Under the pieces are notes generated by a model. It was not told the DNA's origin, did not search any database, and worked only from the letters and a program-made list of their open reading frames with translations. The position numbers and the translations under genes were made by a program. A stretch of DNA of 64,000 nucleotides from Promethearchaeota archaeon (GTDB lineage Archaea > Asgardarchaeota > Lokiarchaeia > Sigyniarchaeales > SOKP01). Each line of letters starts with the position of its first letter. Position 1 is the first letter of the stretch. Shown here in pieces: positions 1 through 9,914 of the stretch. The DNA lies in the NCBI GenBank assembly GCA_016840085.1, contig JAEOTA010000058.1, positions 33,083 to 97,082 of the forward strand. The letters are read 5' to 3'.

Positions 1-689
1 ATCGAAGTAGCGGGAGCAGTAGTTTCTATCTCCTGTGATGGAGGGAACATTTCAGTAGGTGCTTCTTCTTCTTTAGTTTTAACTCTTTTGATTTTCTTTT
101 TTTTCCCTCCCTCAGGTTTATACTTTAAACTACCTACAAATCCGCCAAATACTGCTCCAACTAAACATCCTTCTAAGATTGCTGTAAGAACCGCAAGAAT
201 ATACGGTAAATCTGTTAATCCTGATATGATACCATCTAATATTGCTGGTCCAAATGGTACTAATGCAACTAATATAAAATATATAATAGATAAAGGAATA
301 ACATATCCAATTCCAATAGCAAGACTTGTATGGATACCACCTCGAGGTGAGTGAGCAAAAAGACCACTGGTAATAGCACAGCACAAAATCCATGGAACTG
401 TTACAGCTATAACCAATAAAGCATCATCAGGTCGATAAAAAATACACCAGTGAATAGGAAATAGAAATATTAAAGCAAGTCCTATGAATGCACCCGCTAT
501 TATTTCTATAAATGTGCCAGCACCTCCACCTATGAATCCTGTTATAGCACTCAGAGCATCTTCTAAATTTTCAATTAATCCCCCCGTAATAAGACTTGTT
601 AAATTCAAAAATCTAAAAGAAATCCACGCCATAGGAATTAAACATAACATCCCTGCGCATCCTGACCCAATTACTCGTTTCCATCCCAA
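1..689 (-). CDS. Multi-pass membrane protein, partial (runs off left edge); not in the ORF track
   Basis: Manual minus-strand translation from TTG at 689: MGWKRVIGSGCAGMLCLIPMAWISF...FPIHWCIFYRPDD...GAVFGGFVGSLKYKPEGGKKKK... Open to base 1, with several hydrophobic segments and a charged tail. Confidence 0.75.
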   Translation of the reverse strand, partial: MGWKRVIGSGCAGMLCLIPMAWISFRFLNLTSLITGGLIENLEDALSAITGFIGGGAGTFIEIIAGAFIGLALIFLFPIHWCIFYRPDDALLVIAVTVPWILCCAITSGLFAHSPRGGIHTSLAIGIGYVIPLSIIYFILVALVPFGPAILDGIISGLTDLPYILAVLTAILEGCLVGAVFGGFVGSLKYKPEGGKKKKIKRVKTKEEEAPTEMFPPSQEIETTAPATS

Positions 690-933
690 TTTGCATCCCT
701 CTAATATTCCATAGAATTTAACTTCATATTAATTTTTTAAATATCTATTAGTATTTCAAAAGCTCTTTACCTATTTATAATTATGTCTCAAACAAAAACT
801 AATATTTATAAAAATAGGATTTCCATCGTTAAGGTTAAAATTATTATAAATTCCTTATATTATTTATGGAAAAATAGGAAAAACAATAAAAAAATAATAT
901 TAAAAAATTGATGTAAAATTAAGGTTAATGAAT

Positions 934-1620
934 CTATTGTATTTTTGTAATTCTACCATTATCCATACGAATTGTTTTTGTTCCATATTTAGATAAATCT
1001 CTATGAGTTACAACAATAACAGTAGTCTCCATCTCTTTATTTATTTTTGTCAATAGGTCCATAATTTCCTTTTCGGAGGTTGGGTCCAAATCACCACTAG
1101 GTTCATCTGCTAAAATTACCCTTGGACGATGGATGATTGCTCTAGCGATTGCACATCTTTGTTGTTCTCCGCCAGACATTTGAACAGGATAATGGTCTTT
1201 TCTAGCAAGTAGATTTACATCTCTTAAAGCAGTAATACCTCTGTTTTCAATTTCTTTTTGTCGTAATACAGTTGGCCATAAAACTGCTTCTACATTCTCA
1301 ATTGCAGTCAAAGTATTAACTAGATTAAAATCTTGAAATACAAATCCAATTTTTTGACGTCTAAGTCTGCTTAATCTGTCTTCTGTTGCTCTAGCGATAT
1401 TTTCTCCATCAAATATGATTCTACCAGAATCTGGTAAGTCTAAACCCGATAAAACATTAAGAAGTGTAGATTTACCGCACCCTGTAGGACCTTGAATAAT
1501 AACAAATTCTCCTGATTTAATTTTTAAATTAACATCTGCTAAAGCTCGAATAATTGCTCCAGCTCTTCTATATTCCTTATTTACGTCAATTGCGTCAATC
1601 ATAATATTTTTTTCTGACAT
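934..1620 (-). CDS. ABC transporter ATP-binding protein (LolD/MacB-like)
   Basis: Walker A GPTGCGKST, Q-loop GFVFQDFNL, signature MSGGEQQR, Walker B ILADEP, VTH. Likely start ATG 1620 (ORF open to 1644). Confidence 0.92.
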   Translation of the reverse strand: MSEKNIMIDAIDVNKEYRRAGAIIRALADVNLKIKSGEFVIIQGPTGCGKSTLLNVLSGLDLPDSGRIIFDGENIARATEDRLSRLRRQKIGFVFQDFNLVNTLTAIENVEAVLWPTVLRQKEIENRGITALRDVNLLARKDHYPVQMSGGEQQRCAIARAIIHRPRVILADEPSGDLDPTSEKEIMDLLTKINKEMETTVIVVTHRDLSKYGTKTIRMDNGRITKIQ

Positions 1621-1636
1621 TTTTTTTAATCCCTCT

Positions 1637-2179
1637 TTACTCACCTACTTTTTTAAGTGCAATAATTGGTCTTACTTTCAGTACTTTCCTATATGCTACA
1701 ATAAATGCGAGTATTTGAACTACAATAAATAACGCACTTGTAATTATAACTGGAAGTAATCCAACTAGGATTTCATTAATATTTAGTAAAAAATCAGCTG
1801 AGTGTAAATAAGCTAGAGCCGCAGTATAATGAAACAATACTTCAATTACAACGAAAAAACCTATAAAAGTAGTAAATAAGATCATCCCTGATACAAGAGC
1901 CAAAATATTTTTATTAGTGTAACCTATACATTTGAACGTTGCCCATACACGTCTTTTTCTGGAAACTAGAATCCATGCATAAAGTAATGAAAGAAATAAA
2001 GAAGTACCAAAGAAAATAGCAAGGAAGTATTCTGCTCCCACTAGCTCTCCATTAACTGCTAATTCCCAGAAGAGACTCGTTAAGAATATTAATATCGTAT
2101 ATATAAGTGTAAATATTGTAAAAACTTTCTTTTCTCGTAATGATAAAAGAATCGCCTTTCTCCACATTCTTAAAGCCAA
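1637..2179 (-). CDS. Short FtsX-like ABC permease subunit
   Basis: Four hydrophobic helices, RKRRVWATFKCIGYT resembles the FtsX 'RxxE.a.lka.G' motif, C-terminal 'PIIALK'. Directly upstream of the ATPase. Confidence 0.75.
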   Translation of the reverse strand: MALRMWRKAILLSLREKKVFTIFTLIYTILIFLTSLFWELAVNGELVGAEYFLAIFFGTSLFLSLLYAWILVSRKRRVWATFKCIGYTNKNILALVSGMILFTTFIGFFVVIEVLFHYTAALAYLHSADFLLNINEILVGLLPVIITSALFIVVQILAFIVAYRKVLKVRPIIALKKVGE

Positions 2180-2287
2180 ATATCTTCACCGTGATTTTTT
2201 CATTATTTATTTTTAAATTATATTTAAATTTATAATTGATTTTATTTATTTTATTATAACAATTTAATAATAAATAATTTGGTCATA

Positions 2288-2692
2288 ATGTCTGCTAATA
2301 TTGAGAATATTATTGATGAGTTATTGAATGAAGAACAGAACATTTTTGGTATAGCAATTATAAGTAAAAGTGGTGATTTACTCACTCAAACTGAAAATTG
2401 GAATTTAACTAATAATCTTAGCCAAATCAATGAGCTTCTTAACCAGAAGTTGGAACTTGGTGAAAAGGGAATCACAAGTATCACAATTCAAGGAATTAAG
2501 TATATGATCGTTGAAAATACAGAAGAAAGAAAAATTGGTACTAATATAACGGGTCAAGGGCATTTAATTATTTGCCCGATTCCGATTGGCGGAACAGGAG
2601 CACTTGTATGTTACATAAATCCAAGGATAGGACCGAGGGATGCACTTTTCAATGTGCAAGAATATGCTAAGAAATTAAATGATTTAGTATAA
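2288..2692 (+). CDS. Profilin (Lokiarchaeal type)
   Basis: 134 aa with TQTENW, IQGIKYMIVENTEERKIGTNITGxGH and CPIPIGGTGAL...NPRxGPRD segments, which I recognise from Loki profilins. Start ATG 2288. Confidence 0.92.
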   Translation: MSANIENIIDELLNEEQNIFGIAIISKSGDLLTQTENWNLTNNLSQINELLNQKLELGEKGITSITIQGIKYMIVENTEERKIGTNITGQGHLIICPIPIGGTGALVCYINPRIGPRDALFNVQEYAKKLNDLV

Positions 2693-2709
2693 ATCTTTTT
2701 ATAATTCCT

Positions 2710-3804
2710 TTAAATAAAACTCCAGTGATCTGATAAAAGCTTTTTCAATGCAGATTTAATTTTTTTTATATCATGTTTTTTTGAATTATTTGAGAATTGT
2801 AGGTTTTCAAAGGACGGAGGTCTATAACTTTCCTTTAATAAAGCTTTAAAAACAGAATAAATACAAACCGGTAAACCAATTAGGCTATACCCTCCCTCAA
2901 GAATATAGACTAATTTTCCTTCGCATATCTCTTCAGCAATTCTTAATATAATTTCAGAGAACCGATAATATGACACTGACGTTAATAGACAATTTCCTAT
3001 AGGATCATCAAAATACATATCAAATCCGGCAGCAATAATGATTAGATCTGGCTGAAATTCTTTCAAAAGGGGGTCAACTATTTCTATAAACTCTAGAAAT
3101 TCTTGATCTGATGTGTTCATGGGGAGTGGAAAGTTAACATTTCTACCAAGGCCCTCTCCTGCTCCCAATTCATTAATAAACCCAATATCTCCTTCAACAA
3201 AATCAAATTCATGAATAGAAAAATATAATACATTAGGATCCTCATAGAAATATTGAGCAAGCCCATCTCCAAAATGAGCATCTATGTCAATTATAGCAAT
3301 TTTTTTATTATATTGGAGTTTTTCCCGAAGATATATTATAGAGTTTGCTATGTTATTAAAGATACAAAGTCCTGAAGCTTTTTCTCGCAAGGCATGATGA
3401 CCAGGAGGTCTTATAAGTGCAAAAGCTTGATTTACTTCATTTTTAATCACACTTTCGATTGATTTGATTGCTCCTCCGACTGCTTTTTTAGCCAATTCAA
3501 AAGTATCTTCAGTAATAAATACTTCTTCACCTAACAATCCATTTCCTCTATTTGAGAGATTTCTGATTGAGTCTATATGATATTTAGTATGTGCTAAACG
3601 AATTATTTCTTCTTCCACTTTCATAGGCTCAATCTTGACAATTCTCTCATTTTCAAACACTGCTTTTTCTTTTAAATAACTTAAAATTGATTTTATCCTT
3701 AAAGGGGTCTCATAGGAGAGAAATATGGGATATGGATAAGGTGGCATGTTTTTAGTGGCAAAATCATCATCAACAATTATTCCAATTTTATTATTTCTTC
3801 TCAT
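2710..3804 (-). CDS. Zn-dependent histone deacetylase / AcuC-family deacylase
   Basis: RPPGHHA, GLCIFNN, DIDAHFGDG, AGFD and LEGGY motifs all present. Alternative start 3825. Confidence 0.92.
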   Translation of the reverse strand: MRRNNKIGIIVDDDFATKNMPPYPYPIFLSYETPLRIKSILSYLKEKAVFENERIVKIEPMKVEEEIIRLAHTKYHIDSIRNLSNRGNGLLGEEVFITEDTFELAKKAVGGAIKSIESVIKNEVNQAFALIRPPGHHALREKASGLCIFNNIANSIIYLREKLQYNKKIAIIDIDAHFGDGLAQYFYEDPNVLYFSIHEFDFVEGDIGFINELGAGEGLGRNVNFPLPMNTSDQEFLEFIEIVDPLLKEFQPDLIIIAAGFDMYFDDPIGNCLLTSVSYYRFSEIILRIAEEICEGKLVYILEGGYSLIGLPVCIYSVFKALLKESYRPPSFENLQFSNNSKKHDIKKIKSALKKLLSDHWSFI

Positions 3805-3901
3805 CTTAAAATCATCAAAAGTCAAAAATACCTAAATTATTATAATAACATTGACATACATTTATTTTAAATAAATTTGAATTTTAATACTCAAGAAAAA
3901 T

Positions 3902-6127
3902 GTGATTATAATGGAAGCTATAGAAAGTTTCTTTATGATATTTTTAAATGCACTGCCTATTATAGTTCTAATTATTCCCTTATTCTTCATATGGAAAAAA
4001 ACTATAGGTAAATTGTATTTTAGAGTAGCCCTAGGAATTGTAGTATTTTATTTGATTTATTGGGTCCTCCCAATAATTTTTCAGATAGGTGACACTCCTA
4101 ATGAATTAGTGACATCACCATCAGAAGAAGGGGATATTGTGTGTGGGATCGGCTATATTTTCGCACATTTTGGCTCACTTATAGCACAATTTTTTTCCTA
4201 CCCAATAATAACATTACCATTTATCTTTTTTATTGCTCCATTCATTTCTTTAATCTTCTTTTGGAACCGATTAAGGAAGGAAGAAGGAACATTAATTTCA
4301 AATTTAGAACAAGTAAGTTATGAAATAAAAGAAAGTCCATTAGAAAGAGCTAAAAATGGATTGATTAGAAACAACTGGTCCCGAGAAAAAGAAATTCTGA
4401 AATTAATGATAGTTCTGTTGCCTATTTCTCTCTACCTTTTACAAGTCATACTTGAAATTTCTAATTTACAAAACGAATCATTAACTACTGGTGAAACTGC
4501 TTTAGGATGGTTTTTAGAAATACTCTTTGTATATATAGCAATCTTCATTTTTAGCATTGAATTATTATTTTCAAGTCAAATTGCTTTAAAGGGTAGATTT
4601 TTTGGTGAACAAATTAGAGATCAAATCTACAAAAGTTTATATACAATTGGAGCACCAATGTCAATCTTTTCTATTATTCTATTTGCCATCCATTATGAAG
4701 CATCAATTGTAATAATTATCTACTTTTTCGCTTATTTCATAATGGCATCTATAATATTTATTTTATTCCTTGATATCTTTGAACCTATCTCGATTTTAAT
4801 CTTCATCAAGATGATTAATTGGTGGAAAAATAGAAAGAAAAATAAAATTAATACCCAGAATTTTTATTATATATTAATCTTTGGTGCGTTGGGGCTGGTA
4901 GTTTACTTTATATCAAATTTAATATTAACCAATTTTGTCTATACTCCACTTTTTGGAGGACCTGGTTCTTTAGAAGAAACAAGAATCTATACAGCAGGAG
5001 AATATACCACAAATAATCCAGAATTTTCTCATGTTTTACAATTTGATTTATTAATAATTTATGGAATTTTAATAACTGAAATAATCCCTGCCATCATTCT
5101 AACCATATTTTTGGTTTATGGGTTAAAATTCTTGAAGAGTATAGGAGTAGGTATAATAGTTTATCTTCCTGTAGTAATAACACTTTCCATTCTTATTGTC
5201 ATTGGTAGCGGGGATATTTATTGGTTAACAGGACAAACTAGTTATACTAGAGTTTTTGGATTTGATTTCTATACTTTAAGAACTGCGAGTTTACAAGCAA
5301 ATCTACCAGATTTATTAAACATATTAGCAACACCTTATTTATACACACGTTATATCTTTAACATTATACTATGGAGTTTGTTAATTTATTATTTTAGAAA
5401 AGAATTCAGAATCAAAAATATCCCTATAGGTGAAGAACGTATCGAAAAAATAGTTTTTTCTAATGTTAGCGATTTTCTTTCTTATGATGCTTACACTGAA
5501 AATAAAGAAGACTATTTAGTTTCTAAGAAAGAAGATGTTGTTACAAAATACATAGATCAAGAACGGGAAGAAATAAAAACCATAATAAATAAAATTGAAA
5601 ATGATAGATCATTAGAAGAAATTAAACCAGTTGATGATAATGAGAAAAAGCGATTCTATTTTACTTTAAGATATCTTTATCAAAATAACTTCATTACAAT
5701 CTGGAAGCCAGAATTAAGCTATATTTATGAACGTGTTGAAAAACAAGGACTTTATATAATATACGATGATGGGCGAGGAGTTTATAATTATACTTTTCAA
5801 AAAGATGTTGATCAAGATCCTGGTTTAGTGTCTGGAATGTTTTCTGCTATTACTTCATTTGTAAAAGAAATGACTAAGTCTACTGAAGCTTTGAAAAAAA
5901 TAGACCATGGAGACATTACAATTCTTTTAGAGTATGGTAATAAAATATTCGGAGCTCTCTTTATAAAAGGGACTCAAAGTTCAGAAGTACGATCACCCTT
6001 AAAAGAATTAGTTAGCAAATTTGAAGCACAATATTCAGATATATTAAAAGACTGGACCGGATCACTCGATCACTTTAAAAAAGATGTTAACGATAAACTA
6101 GTAGAAGATGTTTTTAAAGAAGAATAA
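3902..6127 (+). CDS. Polytopic membrane protein with C-terminal longin/roadblock-like domain
   Basis: About 12-14 hydrophobic segments, then LYIIYDDGRGVY...DPGLVSGMFSAITSFVKEM...IDHGDITILLEYG, a common Asgard longin-like module. Confidence 0.75.
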   Translation: MIIMEAIESFFMIFLNALPIIVLIIPLFFIWKKTIGKLYFRVALGIVVFYLIYWVLPIIFQIGDTPNELVTSPSEEGDIVCGIGYIFAHFGSLIAQFFSYPIITLPFIFFIAPFISLIFFWNRLRKEEGTLISNLEQVSYEIKESPLERAKNGLIRNNWSREKEILKLMIVLLPISLYLLQVILEISNLQNESLTTGETALGWFLEILFVYIAIFIFSIELLFSSQIALKGRFFGEQIRDQIYKSLYTIGAPMSIFSIILFAIHYEASIVIIIYFFAYFIMASIIFILFLDIFEPISILIFIKMINWWKNRKKNKINTQNFYYILIFGALGLVVYFISNLILTNFVYTPLFGGPGSLEETRIYTAGEYTTNNPEFSHVLQFDLLIIYGILITEIIPAIILTIFLVYGLKFLKSIGVGIIVYLPVVITLSILIVIGSGDIYWLTGQTSYTRVFGFDFYTLRTASLQANLPDLLNILATPYLYTRYIFNIILWSLLIYYFRKEFRIKNIPIGEERIEKIVFSNVSDFLSYDAYTENKEDYLVSKKEDVVTKYIDQEREEIKTIINKIENDRSLEEIKPVDDNEKKRFYFTLRYLYQNNFITIWKPELSYIYERVEKQGLYIIYDDGRGVYNYTFQKDVDQDPGLVSGMFSAITSFVKEMTKSTEALKKIDHGDITILLEYGNKIFGALFIKGTQSSEVRSPLKELVSKFEAQYSDILKDWTGSLDHFKKDVNDKLVEDVFKEE

Positions 6128-6244
6128 AAATTAGATTCCTCTTTTTTCCAAATTTTTTTTAGAATTATTCAGGAATAGGAGCAACTGTTCACTTTATTAT
6201 GTTTTTTTTATTAAATTTTTTTACATTATTTTTCATTTATTATT

Positions 6245-6712
6245 CTAATGCCTGAAAACAGATCTAATACGATCATCTATTTTTAATCTTAGATCTCCAA
6301 GAATCTCATCAATTTGAGGTATAAAATTTTTAAAGTATTTAGGTTTTTTCGAAAAAAAATCATTTATAGCATAGTGATTGAGAAACTCAGAATTTATTTC
6401 TTGTAAATGTTTTTTTACAAAACTATGATTTGTACCCTTCTCAATAATGGCAAATGATAATAATGGCTCAGGTTCACTAGCTAGTTTACTTGGTAATTGA
6501 ACCATTTTGTAATAACAGACAATTTCAAAACTCGAGAGTGATATTACTTTAATTTTATCACCAAATACTTCGCTAATGAAATCTTTTAATCCAGCTAGAA
6601 ATCTAGCACGTATGTTAGGATCTAATATCTTATCTGAAGATGAATAATACTTAATATCAACTAAATTTTTCAAACCGAGGTTAATTCCAACTTCTAAAAC
6701 CGCCATACTCAA
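6245..6712 (-). CDS. Small longin-like Asgard protein
   Basis: DPNIRARFLAGLKDFISEVFG segment and a beta/alpha pattern similar to the longin-like module of the neighbouring gene. Confidence 0.55.
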   Translation of the reverse strand: MSMAVLEVGINLGLKNLVDIKYYSSSDKILDPNIRARFLAGLKDFISEVFGDKIKVISLSSFEIVCYYKMVQLPSKLASEPEPLLSFAIIEKGTNHSFVKKHLQEINSEFLNHYAINDFFSKKPKYFKNFIPQIDEILGDLRLKIDDRIRSVFRH

Positions 6713-6962
6713 ACTTTTAAAATCTTTCCAATAATTTTAATATTAGACTTTTTAGTGGATCCATAAAAAATGCATATATAATTCATTTCTTCTGGATTTA
6801 TGATAGGAATTGATAAATCAAGAAATTTCAATTTATAACTTTATTATTTGATTAAGTTCTTAAAATTTTACGTAGACAATAGTTGAATAACTATTTATTT
6901 CAATCTAATGAATAGACTGATTTAAAAAATAAATAAAAAGGAAAAATTTAGGAAATATAATT

Positions 6963-9578
6963 TCAATCTTTCTTTATTTTTTTGCTTAAAAGGATTGATA
7001 CAATGGATAGAATACCAAGTAGAATGAAAAGATTATATCCTGGAATTGCCCCATCTTTTTTTCGTTTTGGTTCTGGCTCTGGCTCTGGCTCAGGCTCAGG
7101 TTCAGTTTCTGGTTCAGGCTGGGGATCTGGACCATCATCCCAAATTGGAAACCTATCCTGACTTCCTGCTTTACCATCAATAATATATGGAGTATCTCCT
7201 ATACCGTCATCATTAGCATCGACACCACCATAATCATCCCAATAATTTCCTATCGTTCCATTATCCCAACGATTATTTGAACCATCATCATACGCATTGA
7301 GAGTATTATTAAAATAATTAAGATAAATTGCATTCCAAGAACTACCCTCATCTAAATATATCCCTGAGTCTATATTATTATTAACGCTGTTTCCCGAAAT
7401 GTCGTTAAATTCACTATTATTTAAATATATCCCATAACCATTGTAGTTTACAATATTTTCCGAAATCTTTTTACAATCACTATAATATAAATATAAACCA
7501 TATTCGTTATTATTTACTGTATTTCCTGAAACAATGTGATTATACCCCCTTAAATATATCCCATGTGTGTTGTAATTTGCGGTGTTTCCTAGAATGATAT
7601 TATTATATCCCCCTAAATTTATCCCACGTGTGTTGTAATTTACGGTGTTTCCTGTGATGGTATTCCAGTCACAATCATAATATAAATATATCCCCTGCGT
7701 GTTGTAATTTGCGATGTTTCCCGAAATGTTGTTATTATCAATATTTTCCCTTAAATATATCCCTACGTTAGTATTATTATTTACGGTGTTTCCCGTAATG
7801 GTATTCCACTCACAAGAATACCGTAAATATATACCATATTCGTTATTATTTACGGTATTTCCTGAAATATTGTTATTATCACTGTAACCTAAATAAATAC
7901 CTGAATATCTATTATTATTTGCGGTATTTCCCGAAATGTTAGTATTAATACAATTATCTAAATGTATCCCTGAGTCGGTATTATTATTTACGGTGTTTCC
8001 CAAAATGATGGTATTATCTCCCCCTAAATATATACCATATTCGTTATTGTTCACTATATTTCCTGAAATGTTGTTAGTATTGCTATTTTCTAAATATATC
8101 CCTGAGTCTGTATTATTATTTGCGGTATTTCCCAAAATGTTATTAGTATTACTATTATTTAAAAAAATCCCATTCCAATTGTAATTTGCGATATTTCCCG
8201 AAATGTCATTATTAATTCCCTCTAAATATATTCCATATGCGCTGTTATTATTAGCAATGTTTCCCGAAATGTTGTTATTATTACACCCAGAAAAGAAGTA
8301 CATCCCATATTCGTTATTATTTACTGAATTTCCCGAAATGTTGTTAATATTACTAGTACCTAAATATATCCCTGAGTCTGTATTATTATTTGCGGTATTT
8401 CCCGAAATGTCGTTATCATTACACCCATAATGTAAGTATATCCCGGATTCTGTATTATTATTTGCGGTATTTCCCGAAATGGTGTTATTATCGCTATTAC
8501 CTAAATATATCCCATTTTTGTTGTTATTTACGATATTTCCTGAAATGTTGGTAGTATGACTAGTACCTAAATATATCCCTGAGTCTATATTATTATTAAC
8601 AGTGTTTCCCGAAACAATGTTATGATCATTATTTCCCCCTAAATATATCCCACGTGTGTTGTAATTTGCGGTGTGTCCCGAAATGTCGTTATTATTATTA
8701 TTTTGCATTAAATGTATCCCATTTTTGTTATTATTTACGATATTTCCTGAAATGTCGTTATTATTATTATTTTGAAATAAATATATCCCATAATCATTGT
8801 CATATGCGATGTTTCCCGAAATATTGTTATTATTACTATTCTCCCATAAAGTTATCCCATAACCATTGTCATATGCGATGTTTCCCGAAATGTTGTTAGA
8901 ATCACTATGATATAAACATATCCCACTCCCACTATTATTATTGGCAATATTCCCTGAAATTGTATTCGAATCGCAATTGTCCCGTAAATATATCCCCCTC
9001 CAGCTATAACTTACGTTATTTCTTGAAATGATATTCCCATTGCAACTAACAAATAAGTGTATTCCAAAATTTATGTTATTACTAGCAATGTTTTCCGAAA
9101 TGTTGTTATTATCACTGTTATATAAATATATCCCATTAGCAGAGTTTCCCGAACAATTGTTTCCTGTTAAAATTCCGTTAGTAGTGTTGTATAATCTTAT
9201 TCCTTCTGCATAATTATAGACTGTGCAATTTCTAAGTGTAAAATATTCATTAGAATCTTCAATGCGTATACCAGAACCACTACCACCAATTATCGTAACA
9301 TTTTCAATAATATAAACTCCATTATCAATATAACACCAATCAAAGTTTGAAGCAGTAAAAGACCAATTTTTATCAGGATCACTATCATCAATATGTATAT
9401 TTGTTTCAATATAACCACCCGTTGTTTTCGGACTTTTGAAATTAGTTTCATCTCGAAATTCTATAGGTCCCTCATTTTCCCCTTGAATATTAAAGATATT
9501 ATAATTGTAGATACTCAAAAATACAAAAACTATCCCAAAAGTTATTATAATTATTTTTATTTTGCTTTTTTTTCTCAT
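6963..9578 (-). CDS. Secreted parallel beta-helix (NosD/PbH1-repeat) protein with PE linker and Loki-CTERM-like tail
   Basis: N-terminal signal/TM, many GIYL..s.nN.ISGN.annN repeats, WDNGTIGNYWDDY...GIGDTPY, (PE)n linker, IPGYNL-TM-KKIKKD. Confidence 0.9.
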   Translation of the reverse strand: MRKKSKIKIIIITFGIVFVFLSIYNYNIFNIQGENEGPIEFRDETNFKSPKTTGGYIETNIHIDDSDPDKNWSFTASNFDWCYIDNGVYIIENVTIIGGSGSGIRIEDSNEYFTLRNCTVYNYAEGIRLYNTTNGILTGNNCSGNSANGIYLYNSDNNNISENIASNNINFGIHLFVSCNGNIISRNNVSYSWRGIYLRDNCDSNTISGNIANNNSGSGICLYHSDSNNISGNIAYDNGYGITLWENSNNNNISGNIAYDNDYGIYLFQNNNNNDISGNIVNNNKNGIHLMQNNNNNDISGHTANYNTRGIYLGGNNDHNIVSGNTVNNNIDSGIYLGTSHTTNISGNIVNNNKNGIYLGNSDNNTISGNTANNNTESGIYLHYGCNDNDISGNTANNNTDSGIYLGTSNINNISGNSVNNNEYGMYFFSGCNNNNISGNIANNNSAYGIYLEGINNDISGNIANYNWNGIFLNNSNTNNILGNTANNNTDSGIYLENSNTNNISGNIVNNNEYGIYLGGDNTIILGNTVNNNTDSGIHLDNCINTNISGNTANNNRYSGIYLGYSDNNNISGNTVNNNEYGIYLRYSCEWNTITGNTVNNNTNVGIYLRENIDNNNISGNIANYNTQGIYLYYDCDWNTITGNTVNYNTRGINLGGYNNIILGNTANYNTHGIYLRGYNHIVSGNTVNNNEYGLYLYYSDCKKISENIVNYNGYGIYLNNSEFNDISGNSVNNNIDSGIYLDEGSSWNAIYLNYFNNTLNAYDDGSNNRWDNGTIGNYWDDYGGVDANDDGIGDTPYIIDGKAGSQDRFPIWDDGPDPQPEPETEPEPEPEPEPEPKRKKDGAIPGYNLFILLGILSIVSILLSKKIKKD

Positions 9579-9611
9579 TACATTTCACAGAAAAATTATC
9601 AGATTATGTAA

Positions 9612-9645
9612 AAAATTGACAATTATGTATTTAACACTTTTGTAT
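9612..9645 (-). promoter_or_regulatory. Conserved 34-bp promoter block (BRE/TATA-like) of the beta-helix gene family, copy 1
   Basis: ATACAAAAGTGTTAAATACATAATTGTCAATTTT on the minus strand, 33 nt upstream of ATG 9578. Identical copies at 12768-12801 and 23854-23887. Confidence 0.7.
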
Positions 9646-9914
9646 ATAATTTATTGCAATTTTCGCAATATCGGAAAACTACATTCAGAAGAGAATTAGA
9701 ATTCTATTAAATATTCAGTTCGAAATAATTGGACAATTTTAAAAAATCTTAAAAATAAGAAAAGTATTATTTTTTTAATTATATAACTTCACTTGTTTAA
9801 TTAACTAATTTTTAAGAATTTACTTAGACAATAGTTGAATACCAATTTATTTTAATCTAATGAATAGACTGATTTAAAAAATAAATAAAAAGGAAAAATT
9901 TAGGAATTATAATT

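Noticed and set aside
88-714. ORFs 88-354 (+), 130-393 (-), 484-714 (+)
   Set aside because: Shadows of the longer minus-strand membrane-protein frame starting at 689, which runs off the window.
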